A stretch of DNA of 64,000 nt, taken from the NCBI GenBank assembly GCA_030390025.1, contig CM059437.1, forward strand, positions 31,312,001-31,376,000, written 5' to 3'. Below the pieces are notes generated by a model. It was not told where the DNA came from, did no database searches, and worked only from the letters and a program-made list of their open reading frames with translations. Each line of letters starts with the position of its first letter. Within the stretch, counting starts at the first letter, position 1. The stretch is from Squalus acanthias (Eukaryota). This document shows, one piece after another, positions 12,938-25,439 of the stretch. Made by a program: the position numbers and the translations under genes.

Positions 12938-13350
12938 CAGAGTTGGCTGTGGCTCAGTTGGTAGCATTATCGCCTCTTGAGTCAGTGGGTTCAAGTTCCA
13001 CTCCAGAGACCTGAGCACATAATCTAGACTCTCCCAGTGCAGTACAGAGGGAGCACTGCACTGCACTTTCAGCTGAGGCGTTAAAACCGAGGCCCTGTCT
13101 GCTTTCTCGGAGATGTAAAAGATCTCGAGGCACTATTTTGAAGAAGAGCAGGGGTGTCCTGGCAGATATTTACCCTCAACCAACATCACTAAAACAGATT
13201 ATCTGGTCATTATCACATTGCTATTTGTGGGACCTTGTTCTGTGCAAATTGGCTGTCATGTTTCCTACATTACAACAGTGACAAAATAGTTCTTTAATGG
13301 CTGTAAAGTGTTTCGGGAAAGGCGCTATATAGATGCAAGTCTTCCTTTCT
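12938..13350 (+). mobile_element. Deu-domain SINE (duplicate partner of the 10157 copy)
   Basis: Head tggctcagttggtagc...gggttcaagttcc, Deu domain and tail. Confidence 0.85.
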
Positions 13351-14244
13351 TGGGGTGGAAACAATATTCAAGACTGAAATGGATTAAAGCTTTAAAGAGT
13401 TGAGAATTGTTCCGTTAGAAAAAGTGTTTGGCATGATGGAGAAAACTGACTTTCTTGGAGCCTAGGTGAGGAATGGGGTCCGCACTTGTGCAGCAAGGAG
13501 ATAGAATGGTTTGAGTGGGTCTTGGAGTGTTAATGTGAATGATGGGGCTGAGCAAAGGGGGCCAAATGACCTTTTCCTATTTCTAGATGTTTATGTTGTG
13601 TTCAGACCCTTCAATAACCTGCCTGGCTTAATTTCTGCAAATTTAGATGGAAATGGTCCACTCATAAGTGACACATTGTAGTGTCAAGTACTCTACCTCT
13701 TAACATTGGCAGTTCCCCAGTCTGTGGGTTGCAGGCTCCTTTCTGCAGTGATTGAGAAGTAAGATATGATGGCTGGGGTTTTCTGCTAATGCACTCGCCA
13801 GCACAAGATCTTCTGCCATTCACTTTAATGAGCAGAAAATCACAGGCCATTGAACAGAGGTTAAAAAACTCATGGCCAGTGCACCCGTTGAGTCACTACA
13901 CTCCGCTTATAACAAACACCCACTTACCACAGAAAAAGTGTATACTTTTTTATTCATTCTCGGGATGTGGGCGTCACTGGCAAGCCGGCATTTATTGCCC
14001 ATCCCTAGTTGCCCTTGAAGGTAGTGATGAGCCTTTTTTTCTTGAACCGTTGTGGTGTAGGCATTTGATAAAATTGAGAAACCGCTTCTAGACCTTTCAT
14101 GGAAAGAAACTATATTATAAACCCTAAAAATATTTACATTTATTTTGCATTCATCCCAGTTCAGTTGACAATCCGATCGATGGGAGTGGCTGTAGCAGGC
14201 AGGAGCTGATTTAGTTGGCCAGGCAGTATACTGATTGATATGTG

Positions 14245-14670
14245 GGGTTGTTCTCTCCTTGGAGCAGAGAAGTTTTAAGACGAGATTTAATAGAGGTGTT
14301 CAAAATCATGAACGGTTTTGATAGTAAATAAGGAGAAACTGTTTCCAGTGGCAGAAGGGTCTATAACCAGATTTTAGGTGATTGGCAAAAGAACCAGAGG
14401 CGACATGAGGACATTTTTTTTATACGCAGCAAGTTGTTGTTGTGATCTGGAATGCACTGCCTGAAAGGGTGGTGGAAGCAGATTCAATAATAGCTTTCAA
14501 AAGGGAATTTGATAATTATTTCTATTTAATTAGTTAATTAATTAAAGGGGGGAAAATTTACAGGGCTGTGGGGAAAGAGCAGGGGAGTGGGACTAATTGG
14601 ATAGATCTGCCAAAGAGCTGGCAAAGGCACGATGGGCTGAATGGCCTCCTTCTATGCTGTATCATACTAT
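14245..14670 (+). mobile_element. CR1 3' fragment
   Basis: ttggagcagagaag...gaggtgttcaaaatcatg...atctggaatgcactgcctg...gaatggcctccttc. Confidence 0.85.
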
Positions 14671-14839
14671 GAACAAGTTTATTGACATGGTTGTGCATTA
14701 TGTAGTATTCCTAAGGGTCCCAGCAGAGATCAGAAAGTATCAGAAATCCACATTAATGGAGAAACAATGGCTTATTTATTTGTCGTATTCATGCAGTTTT
14801 TACCTTCAAAGGTACTGTGCTGAAACTGGGAGATTCTTA

Positions 14840-15277
14840 GCTCAGGAAAGATTGGATAGGCTGGAGTTGTTTTCTTTGGAACAGAGGAGGCTGAGGGGAG
14901 ACTTAATTGAGGTGTATAAATTTGAGGGGCCTAAATAGAGTGGATATGAAGGACCCATTTCCCTTAGCAGAGAGGTCGATAACTAGGAGGCATCGATTTA
15001 AAGTAATTGGTCGGAGGTTTAGAGGGGAGTTGAGGAGAACTCTTTTCACCCAGAGGGTGGTGGGGGTCTGGAACTCACTACCTGAAAGGGTGGTAGAGGC
15101 AGAAACCCTCATTACATTTAAAAAGTACTTGGATATGCACTTGAAGTGCCCTAACCTACAAGGCTACGGACCAAGTGCTGGAAAGTGGGATTAGGCTGGA
15201 TAGCTCTTTTTCGGCTGGCACAGACATGATGGGTCGAATGGCCTCCTTCTATGCTGTAAATGTCTATGATTCTATGA
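14840..15277 (+). mobile_element. CR1 3' fragment
   Basis: ERLDRLELFSLEQRRLRGDLIEVYK; FTQRVVGVWNSLP; ctatgattctatga tail. Confidence 0.9.
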
Positions 15278-15799
15278 AACTGGAACACCTGAGATTTATA
15301 TACAATAAAAATGGGGAAAGTTAAAGTGCACTGTAGTTAAAACGGTTTATCTCAACAAAGGACAGTGGATTGTAGAGGATTAGCAGATTGCCCTTTTAAT
15401 TCTAAGATTTGAGCACAGACCAGAGTGATTGGATGAAAGCATTGTCTCTCTGCTGGCTGTACACATTCTAGCTTATGAGTTTATTGCATGAATCAAGAGT
15501 GGAAAATTTCCTCATAGTTCAGTAGAAATTCATATTAAATTGATGCGTAAAGTCTGAGAAAGATGGTTGGCAAGAGGAACACAAATGGCACGCTGGCCCA
15601 GGAGTGGGTATTTTTCTGAGACTGGCATAAACGGGATTGCTGGGACTGTGTGTATACAGAGCACCAGACTGTGCTCTGGGAATCTCTGGTGCTGTAAAAG
15701 ATTTTAAAAAATCACTCCTGCAATAAAAACAGAAAATGCCAGAAAGGCACAGCTTGTCAGACGGCAGCTGAACAATGGAAGGATAGGGTAATGTTTATC

Positions 15800-16125
15800 T
15801 CTAACTCTGCGCTCCTCCAGCCCTAAAACCCTCATATCTGCGCCTCTCCAGTTCTGGCCTCTTGCGCATCCCCGATTTTCTTTGCTCCACCATTGGCGGC
15901 CATGCCTTCAGCTGCCTTGGCGCTACGTTCTGGAATTCCCTCCCTAAACCTCTCTGCCTTTCTACACACCTCTCTCCTCCTTAAGACGTTCCTTAAAACC
16001 TACCACTTTGACCAATGTCCTAATATCTCTTCTGTGGCTTGACGTCAAATTTAATTTGATAACGCTCCTGCGAAGCACTTGGGAACGTTTTACTACGTTA
16101 AAGGTGCTATATAAATGTTGTTGTT
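15800..16125 (+). mobile_element. L2 3' end
   Basis: ctggaattccctccctaaacc...aaaggtgctatataaatgttgttg. Confidence 0.8.
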
Positions 16126-16273
16126 TATGGGTGTGACCCATCATCCGAAGCATTGAACCCAAAGCCCAGTTCTGAAAAGGGTCTTCAACCAAAACAATAA
16201 CCTATCTTTTTTCTCTTTTTTGAATGCTGAGGGACCTGCTGCAGTATCTTCTTATGTTGCACTAACGGGATCT

Positions 16274-16825
16274 CCTCTTCTTAGGCAGTCCCTCGGAACC
16301 GAGGATGACTTGCTTCCACATTAAAAATGAGTTCTCAGGTGGCTGATGAGTCCAATGCGGGACCTACAGTCTCTGTCACAGGTGGGGCAGACGGTGGTTG
16401 AAGGGGTGGGTGGGTGGGGTGCTTGGGTTGACGTGCGCTCCTTGCGCTGTTTGCACTTGGCTTCCGCTTGCTCCCGGCGAAGAGACTCGAGGTGTTTGGC
16501 GCCTTCCCGGATGCTTCTCCTCCACTTTGTGCGGTCTTGGGCCAGGGATTCCCAGGTGTCGGTGGGGATGTTACACTTTTTCAAGGAGGCTTTGAGGGTG
16601 CCCTTGAAGCATTTCCTCTGCCCACCTGGGGCTCCCTTGCCGTGCTGGAGCTCCGAGTAGAGCGCTTGTTTTGAGAGTCTCGTATCGGGCATGCGGATAA
16701 TGTGACCCGTCCATCGGAGCTGATCGAGCGTGGTCAAAGCTTCGATGCTGGGGATGTTGGCCTGAGCAAGAACACTGACGTTGGTGCGCCTATCCTGCCA
16801 ATGGATTTGCAGGATCTTGCGGAGG
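16274..16825 (-). mobile_element. RTE-clade LINE 3' end with C-terminal C2H2-like finger
   Basis: ORF 16321-16737: QLRWTGHIIRMPDTRL...GGQRKCFKGTLKASLK...WESLAQDRTKWR...CPTCDRDCRSRIGLISHLRTH. Confidence 0.85.
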
Positions 16826-16830
16826 GATAC

Positions 16831-16971
16831 GATTCTGACGAAAGGTCATCGACCTGACACGTTAACTCTTGTTTCTCTCTCCACAGATGCTGCCTGACCT
16901 GCTGAGTGTTTCCAGCATTTTCTATATGGTTTTTATTTCAGATTTCCAGCATCTGCAGTATTTTGCGTTTT
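16831..16971 (+). mobile_element. Penelope-like pLTR fragment with a degenerate minimal hammerhead motif
   Basis: ctgacga-a-aggtc-atc-gacct-gaca(for gaaa)-cgt-t-aac, followed by tctctccacagatgctgcctgacctgctgag. Confidence 0.7.
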
Positions 16972-17874
16972 GGATACAGTTCTGTAATTCTGGTCTGTAA
17001 CATTCAGAGGTTTAAAAAAAAATTCACTCGGAGACAGACTCGTGTCATTCTGCCAAAAGTTATATAACTGCAACCAGGCTTGAGGAACGTTGAATACTTT
17101 GAAGATTTTGAGTGTATTTAAATCCCTGTATCTAATTGGTTAATCACATACCAAGTGTGGCATTCCAGATTGCAGCCAGCTTCTCAAATTCGTTGCAAAA
17201 AAAATGCTGGTGTGTTTGACGTTGATGCTAATCCAATGCCTCCCTTCGTGTCGTAAAGATAAACTCTGCTAACTCGCTGCTGTAGGTAGCATTAATCTAC
17301 CATGCCACAGGCGTCGGAGCTTGCATGCCGGCAGATGGTAGTTATCCGAGGTGAACCTTTCGCGCCAGGCTGGCATTGGCGGTGGCCCATGCTGAAGCAC
17401 GCAAGGCTAAGTTGGAAAAAACACAAAAAAAACCCTTTCTCGGCACTTTGAAGAACAGTAGCGTGCCCTTTGAGGGCTGTGTTAGCGTTTTTATTGTCCT
17501 AAAAATAAAGTTGTGACGTGCTTGCAAATTTTTTTTTTTACACAAGAAATGAATTGCCTCAAAACATTATTCAGTGTCACTGGCTTTTTAAAATTCAAGG
17601 AATCCTATTCAACTTTTTATTATTCTGACAAGTAAGGGCTTCATTAATACTGTAGCTGCACTTTATAGTCACATTCCTGGAGCGACTGAAGATCAAAGAG
17701 ATTCACAACAATGCTGGTGCTGCTTGTGTCAATGCTTTATCTTTTTCCTTAATATTTTTGGGTGCTTATCAAGATCTTGGTGCTGAGAAATAGAACAATT
17801 CCACTTTTGACACCAAGTGTTAGCTTCAAGCACTACCAGTCAGGTATAGCAAGACTAGATTCCACCGTAGCATT

Positions 17875-18460
17875 GCCTGTCTCCACCCTGCCTAAGCTCA
17901 TCTGCTGAAACCCTCATCTATACCTTTTTGTTACCCCCTGACTCGACTATTCCAATGCTCTCCTGGCTGGCCTCTCGCCTTGCACCCTCTGTAAACTTGA
18001 GCTCATCCAAATCTCTGCTGCCCCTATCCTGACTCGCACCAAGTCCCGTTCACCCATCACCCCTGTGCTCGCTGACCTATATTGGCAACACCTCAATTTT
18101 AAAAATTCTCATTCTTGTTTTCAAATCCTTCCATGGCCTCGCCCCTCCCTATCTCTATATCGATATCCATCACCAGCCCTACTCCCCTCCGAGATCTCTG
18201 CGCTCTTCCAATTCTGGCCTCTTGCTCATCCACCGTTGGCGGCTGTGCCTTCAGCTGCCTAGGCACTAAGCCCTGGAATTCCCTCCCTAAACCTCTCCGC
18301 CTCTCTACCTCTCTTTCTTCCTTTAAGATGCTCTTTGACCAAGCTTTTGGTCACCTGTCCTAATATTGCCTTATGTGGCTCAGTGTCACATTTTGTTTGA
18401 TAATACTCCTTGAAGCGCCTTTGGACATTTTACTACATTAAAGGCATTATATAAATGCAA
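17875..18460 (+). mobile_element. L2 3' fragment
   Basis: ctcgactattccaatgctctcctggc...ctggaattccctccctaaacc...aaaggcattatataaatgcaa. Confidence 0.85.
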
Positions 18461-18714
18461 TTTATAGATTCACTATAAGGTTCCCTCTGCTCCTTTCCAA
18501 TAATATTAGCCTCAATCTCCCCACCTACTGCACCAGTGTGAAGTTTCCATGTCCTACACTAGATTTCCCACCTCTTTCCTTTTGAGGTTGCCAATTATGA
18601 GCAGGTTTCTGCCGTGGACCTGTCTACCCAAACCTGATTTGGGACTCTCCAATTTCATTCCAGTTCAAAGCCTTACAGCTGGCACATAGGAAAGGGTATA
18701 GAGTTTGTGGTGGG

Positions 18715-18960
18715 GGCCAAAGACCGATAGCTTTGGTCTTCCCAATGTTTAACTGGAAGGAATTGTGGTTGATTCAAGACTGGATCTTGGACAAGCACCC
18801 TGACATCAGGGCCAGGGGTCGAGAGAAGCGGTGGAGAGGTTGAGCTGGGTATTGTCAGCATATATGTGGAAGCTGACCCCATGTCTTTGGATGACGTTGG
18901 TGTTGAAGCTTGATCAAAGAAGTATGTTTTAAGGAGCATCTTAAAGGAGGAGCGAGAGGT
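18715..18960 (-). mobile_element. L2 internal fragment
   Basis: Minus strand contains ttccacatatatgctgacaatacccagctc, a degenerate FHxYADDTQL RT motif. Confidence 0.65.
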
Positions 18961-19193
18961 CCTACAGCATCATCACTAGCAGGGGGGTGTAATTGCAGTG
19001 TTTAACATAGTCAGTTTCCAATATAAATGTGTACATAGGAATTTACACAATTTAAAAAAAATATGACAACAGGAATTAAAGTTTTGTAGTCAGGAAGTGC
19101 ATGCAGGCATATGATTCTTAAAAAAAATAACTTTCTATAACTATATTAAAATCGGCACAATTGCTGACTCGAAGCCGTCATTGCATTACACAT

Positions 19194-19367
19194 GGGGAGT
19201 AATTTTGACTTCAGGCGATAGTGTAAAATGGGCAATATCGGATCAGCTGCTCGCTCTACATCTCTCCTGATTTTTCTCATTCCCATTTGACGCCAGAAGA
19301 GACGTATAACGGGTGGGCAATCAGAGAGCGTCCCTTTTACACTATCGCCCAACGTCAAAACAACCCC
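19194..19367. mobile_element. MITE (non-autonomous DNA transposon)
   Basis: Inverted termini ggggagtaattttgacttcaggcgatagtgtaaaatggg / cccttttacactatcgcccaacgtcaaaacaacccc. Confidence 0.75.
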
Positions 19368-20905
19368 TGTTGTGTCATTGTAAATGTTGTTATTTCCAAA
19401 CTTATGTTGTATGGCGTCACTTTTATACAAGGCCAACAATCCCTTTTAAAATGCAGTAAGCCATGAGATGTTTGTTTTATAACCCTGTATTATAGTGAGG
19501 GGTTACACTACTTTACATATGTTTGTGTGGGAGTCTGTTATGACAGGTCTGGTTCACACAATAAAAATGTAGTTCTCTATGAAATCTAAAAAGAATAATG
19601 TCAGCAGCTATTGCCTCTTTGTCCTGTGGGCTAGGATAAGCTTCATTCAATCTTCTTGTGTTTTGTGTTGTGAATTCTTCATATTACAAAGGCTGATATA
19701 ATATTTACTTTAGAGCTGGTGTGGGCAAAAGTATTCTACGGCATCTGAGGAGGCGTCCCCCCCCTTAATTTTCACCACCCCTCTCCTGAGTGGCCATTAT
19801 TCACGTGTGATTTGGGAACTGAATTGTCAATATGCTGCTCGACTGTGGCAGGCATCACAGAGTCCAATCCTAGAAAGTGTTACGCCATTAACCCATTGAG
19901 CATTCTACCATGAGATTAATTCTAATTTAGTTCTGTTGTTACTATTCTGTTGTGTTTATTGTGGTGGACATGTATACAAATGTAACGTCAGTCACGTAGT
20001 GATATTTAATGCAGCTGTGTTTATTTCATAAAGGCTTTAGTGTATGACGAGCCAATGAGGTCCATGACCTTTGCTGTGTGTGCACACTTGTGACTCTTGT
20101 ATTACTGGAAGACGCTGCTCGAAAAAGGGTAGATTATCCAACTCCACACTGAGAATGTAAACTGTGCTGATAAGAGACAGAGCTATTGACTCTTGCCTCT
20201 GGCTCCAGGGCACTTGGGCCTTCTACCCTTTCACTTGAAGGCTCATTGGCTCCTCACTTTAAGAGATGCATGGTTTGATGTCGAGGCCATCGGGAATAAT
20301 ATTGAAAAGAGAGCTCTCCTCTCACTTGAGTGGTTTCAAATCCAACTCTGCAGAATTTAGCAGTGCAGCTACCTGGAGTGTGATCAGTGTTATTGAGTTC
20401 CAAATCTATGTTAATTGGATGTGTATCGCATACTGTGAGCTAGCTTAAACTCAGCCAAACCAGCACTCGGAGCTGAACGATTGATCGATTTTTTGTTTTA
20501 TATATCACCAGAATCAATACACAATGCAGATTGTGTGTCCATGCCTAAAACAGCTGAGACCAACAGCAAGAGTGTGGAAAACAGCCCCTCTATTAGTTAC
20601 ATTAACTAGCAAACTGCATTGCTGCACTCGTGTCAGATGCACTAACCTGCACTGTCGACTGGACTCCTGCCAGGCAGTACATCATTACAAGTCTGTTGAG
20701 GAGCAATGCAAGTCTTGCATACCCTGCCATGACCATCCTGCACATTGACCATGTCACTGTGCAAGTACCTCCATGCTTTGCTTCTTTGAAGGAGCTAAGG
20801 CCTCAAAAGTTTACTTCGACATCCTGCCGACGTACCAAGTTTCTTTCACCTGAAGGTAAGGGCAAGCAGTCGGTTTGCTCTTCTTGCTCAACCCATGCAC
20901 TTCAG

Positions 20906-21365
20906 AAAGAAAGAACACATTTGCATTTATATAGCACCTTTCATCACCTTAGAACATCCCAAAGTGCTTTACAGGCAATGAAGTACTTTTGAAGCGTACT
21001 TACTGTTGTAACGTAGGAAACTTGACGGCCAATTTGCTTACAGCAACGGCAATGTGGTAATGACCAGATAATCTGTTTTTAGTGATGTTGGTTGAGGGAT
21101 AAATATTGGCCAGGACACCGGGGAGAACTCCCTTGCTCTTCTTCGAAATAGTGCCATGGGATCTTTTATGTCCACCTGAAGAGGCAGGTGGGGCCTCGGC
21201 TTAGCATCTTATCCAAAAGACGGCACCTCCGACAGTGCAGCACTCCCTCAGTACTGAGTAGAGTGTCACAGCCTGGATTATGTGCTCAAGTCTCTGGAGT
21301 GGGACTTGAACCATTAACCTTCTGACTCGGGAGCGAGAGTGTCACCCACTGAGCCACGGCTGACC
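20906..21365 (-). mobile_element. Deu-domain SINE, full length
   Basis: Complete head, Deu domain and tail. Confidence 0.85.
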
Positions 21366-22732
21366 GCTCACGGTCGCTTTGCATCGTCGTGCTACTGCTG
21401 ACTGGAGCCCTAACTTCAGTGGCCGTGGTGTAAGGTAAATGAAATGCTGCTGTTGTCTCCTGTAGTTACTGAGACCTAGTTGCAGAGATGGTCTTCGCTG
21501 GGATGGTCTTCTGGAGGCAGCTCTGCCACGCCAACAGCCACCAGTATTTCCCAACACAGTCGATGCCTCCATTGGTATTGTTTCTATTTCCTGCTGGTAT
21601 CTCCAGAGGTGGAAAGGATCAACTAACTCAGCAAATGTGTGTAGCCCGTTACCACACCATTGCATTTACCCATGGAGCCATTGATTTATGGATGTATAAT
21701 GTGAGTGTGAGGACGCATTTGTTGACGAGCAATGAGTAGCCTCATTACAAATCTGAATAATAAATGTATAATTCCTCTCTGAAATTTTAAACCACAGAAT
21801 TTCAAAGGATGCTAATACTTGAAAGATGATCTTTATTACGGCTAATATTATGGCGCTCGTTTAAAATTCGCTGTTTGATTAGCAGGGATCTAAAATTTAA
21901 ATCCTTTTGCATTAGAATCAGCAATGCCACTAATTCTTGCAAATATTAGAACCGAGCCTAAATATTCATTCATAAATATTCAAATCGTACACATTCATGA
22001 TGTACGTTTGCTTTAGTTGCAGTAGAGTGCGTCTTGTGCCAGATCTGAACTCTGCCGATTTGTCCGTCGATTCAGATCAAAATTCAACTCTGATTTGTTT
22101 TTTAAAAAGGGGAAAATTAAGCCAGTTGAAAGAAATAACAAACTTCAAATTATAAAGCACTTTTCACGTCCTCAAGAATCCCAAAGCACTTCACGACCAA
22201 TGAATTACATTGTTCAAGTGTAGTCATTGTTGATTTTGTTGGCAGCCAAATTGTGCACAGCAAGATCCCACAAACAACAGTGAGATAAATGACTAGTTAA
22301 TCTGGTTATATAAACAGAAAATGCTGGAAATACTCAGCAGGCCAGTCAGCATCTGTGAATCTGTAGACAGAGCCCTGTTTTGGGTGGTGTTGGTTGAGGG
22401 ATGCATGCCAAGGCACCAGGAGAACTCCCTGCTCTTTAGAAAAGTTGCCCTGGGATCATCAGGTTGAATTGAATCCTATTCTGCTCACTAAGCAGCGACT
22501 GTAAAATCTCAAGAAAGTATAGAACAGCTCAATCCTTACCTGGAAGAGAAATAAATGTCAATGTTTGGGCAGGATCCTTCACCAGAACTGGCTTGGTTAG
22601 AGTGACTGGCAGGACAGTGTAAGGGAGAGGAGAACAGGTCGTGAGTTCAGATCTGCTAACTGCTTTCATAACAAAAGGATTGACTCTGCTATTGTTTTAT
22701 TTTGGATCCATTCTTTGTCATCTTCTGAATGA

Positions 22733-22926
22733 TGATGATGCGGAGATGCCGGTGTTGGACTGGGGTGGACAAAAGTGAGAAGTCGCACAACACCAGGTTA
22801 TGGTCCAACAGTTTTATTTGAAATCACAAGCTTTCGGAGCTGCTGCTTCACCTGACGAAGGAGCAGCGCTCCGAAAGCTTGTGATTTCAAATAAAGCTGT
22901 TGGACTATAACCTGGTGTTGTGCGAC
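22733..22926. mobile_element. Penelope-like hairpin insertion with a 14-bp flanking direct repeat
   Basis: Arms gtcgcacaacaccaggttat...ctttcggagc / gctccgaaag...ataacctggtgttgtgcgac; catcttctgaatga at 22719-22732 and 22926-22939. Confidence 0.8.
22848..22884 (+). ncRNA. Minimal type I hammerhead ribozyme motif
   Basis: Stem I tcac/gtga; core CTGACGA plus an extra A; stem II GGAGC-agc-GCTCC; GAAA; palindromic stem III AGCT; predicted cleavage after 22880. Confidence 0.65.
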
Positions 22927-23314
22927 ATCTTCTGAATGAAGGAAGGTTGCACATAAATTGTAAATACATCCCTAATGTTTCCAGCACATTTGGTGCCTGA
23001 GTGTGTGAATGAAACAAATGGAGCAAGTTCATGCAATTTGGGTTCAAGTTTGCTGCACTCCCCCTTGTACAATGCAATCATGCCATTAGCTTTTATGAGT
23101 AATTATCATTAAATATTGCTTTCTCAAGCTAGACAGATCAGATTTAAATTCATTTGGATTGATGAATAACAATAACTCAAAGGGTTCTTAACAGAAATTT
23201 AAGTGGCCTACCATTAAGTAAGAATAACTGAGTAAAGAGCATGAGGGTTTTCTTTAAAAAGAAAAAATAATGAAACACATCCATGTTACCCATTTTGATC
23301 CTCTCTCTACTATC

Positions 23315-23600
23315 AACAACAACAATTTGCATTTATATAGTGTCTTTAACATAGTAAAACGTCCCAAGGTGCTTCACAGGAGCGTAATCAAACAAAATTT
23401 GACACTGAGCCACATAAGGAGATATTAGGACAGGTGACCAAAAGCTTGGTCAAAGAGGTAGGTTTTAAGGGGCGTATTAAAGGATGAGGGAGAGGTAGAG
23501 AGGTGGAGAGGTTTAGTGAGGGAATTCCAGAGCTTAGGACCTAGACAGCTTGAAGGCGTGACCACCAGTGGAGGAGCAAAGAAAATTGGGGATGCGCAAG
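23315..23600 (-). mobile_element. L2 3' end
   Basis: Reverse complement of the L2 tail ending tatataaatgcaaattgttgttgttg. Confidence 0.8.
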
Positions 23601-23609
23601 ACAAACGGC

Positions 23610-23790
23610 AACCTCTCGCTCCCATTAACAGACACTCTAACCTCTCGCTCCCATTAACAGACACTCTAACCTCTCGCTCCCATTAACAGACACTCTAACC
23701 TCTCGCTCCCATTAACAGACACTCTAACCTCTCGCTCCCATTAACAGACACTCTAACCTCTCGCTCTCATTAACAGACACTCTAACCTCA
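23610..23790. repeat. 29-bp minisatellite, about 6 units
   Basis: (aacctctcgctcccattaacagacactct)n; units are nearly identical. Confidence 0.95.
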
Positions 23791-24102
23791 CACTGCCAGT
23801 CACTTTGCCCTCGCACTGCCATTAACAGGAAAAAGACATTCACTGGACTTTCAAAGAAAGGCACTTTAGTCTGTAATTGAAAACTTTTCACTGACATTGT
23901 TGTATGTTTTGTTGCATTATACCGGGTGATTGGTTTCTACTGGTGAATCGCCTTGGCCTTGCTTGTGGTTAATGAGGAAATGGTCTGTCTTTTAGCTGTG
24001 TTTGTGGTGACAGGCCAAAATGGTAGGCAGACCTGGGTGACTTGCAGCACCAGTGATGGGAGGACTGAATAGCAGGCTTTACAGCATTACTTTCTCTGTG
24101 TC

Positions 24103-24316
24103 TTGGCCAATATTTATCACTCAACCAACATCAATTAAACAGATGATATGGTCATTATCCCATTGCTGTTTTAGAGCTTGCTGTGCACAAATTGGCTGCC
24201 AATTTCCTACATTGCAACAGTAACTATACTTCAAAAGATACTTCATCGGCTGTAAAGCGCTTTGGAACGTTCTGAGGTTGTGAAAGGCGCTATGTAACTG
24301 CAAGTTCGTTCTTTCT
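24103..24316 (+). mobile_element. Deu-domain SINE, 3' half
   Basis: ggccaatatttatc...gtgaaaggcgctatgtaactgcaagt. Confidence 0.75.
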
Positions 24317-24881
24317 TAATAGGCACATGCATTAGCTCTGGTGTTAGCAATGTCACAAGTGTGATAAATAGGAAGTGTCAAGAATTTCTATTTTTATGTG
24401 TGACGTGGAAGTTCAGCTTCAAAAAGGATTTGGAGATTCATGCATCTAGAAATGACATAAAAGCCCGCGTGAAGCTGCAATCGCTATACACTAGAATTTA
24501 CAGTACTTAATCCTATATGTGCACACAGCTTGTGCCTTGCTGGACTGCTAAAACAGCAGGATTATTCCCTTCATCTGATGACCGTTCCAGTTGGTTGATG
24601 CGAAATGGGCCAAGGTCTCCGCTGTAATGTAGTACAAGCCACTGGACAGCACACCAGGCCATTGACTTTAGTAATTGAAAGGTTAATGGAGAAGACAGCT
24701 GCTGCTAGCAATCCTGGTGTTAACATTTCCTCTGATTGCTTAGTTGAGTTTCATTCCAATTTTTTCACTCACGTGATGAGATTCAGTCTAGTCTGACAAT
24801 TCAAATCCATTGGGCTGTCTTTGTTAATCCTGGTCTACTCTAGATTATGGGACTGGTTCCTGCTGTGATCCTTTTATATCG

Positions 24882-25306
24882 AACATAAGAACATAAGAAA
24901 TAGGAGCAGGAGTAGGCCAATTGGCCCCTCGAGCCTGCTCCGCCATTCAATAAGATCATGGCTGATCTGATCCTAACCGCCAATCTACTATCACAGAACC
25001 ATCTCCTGAATCTAACAGAATTGGACACACGAAATAGGAGCATGATCAGGCTACACGGCCCCTGGGCCCGCTACGCTACCGACAGGGCCATGACCGATCC
25101 GAACCTAGACTCATGTCCAAATTCCTGCCTGCTCCCCGTAACCCTTAATTCCCTTTACTTCTAGGAAACTGTCTATTTCTGTTTTAAATTTATGTAATGA
25201 TGTAGCTTCTACAGCTTTTTGGGGCAGCATATTCCATGGACCTACCACCCTCTGAGTGAAGTAGTTCCTCCTCATCTCAGTTTTGAAAGAGCAGCCCCTT
25301 ATTCTT
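24882..25306 (-). mobile_element. Young CR1 subfamily 3' end (extended 3' UTR)
   Basis: Near-identical to 47126-47555; (aagaacat)n tail; FTQRVVGPWNMLP. Confidence 0.9.
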
Positions 25307-25439
25307 CCGTTGCTTTGTGACATTCTATATTCCATACTGTATAGCTCGTTTATGTTGGTCACATTACTGGAAAAGAGTGAGTAAAAAGACGGGGGGAATA
25401 AAGGATGTAAATGTGTGTAGACTCTTTCCTCAAACAGTA

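Noticed and set aside
20524..20992. ORFs with a donor site at about 20855 as a coding exon
   Set aside because: No recognisable homology; the frame compatible with the STAC exon is closed; the longer ORF runs into a SINE.
23610..23790. 29-bp repeats as a CRISPR array
   Set aside because: Units are head-to-tail with no unique spacers, there are no cas genes, and the context is eukaryotic.
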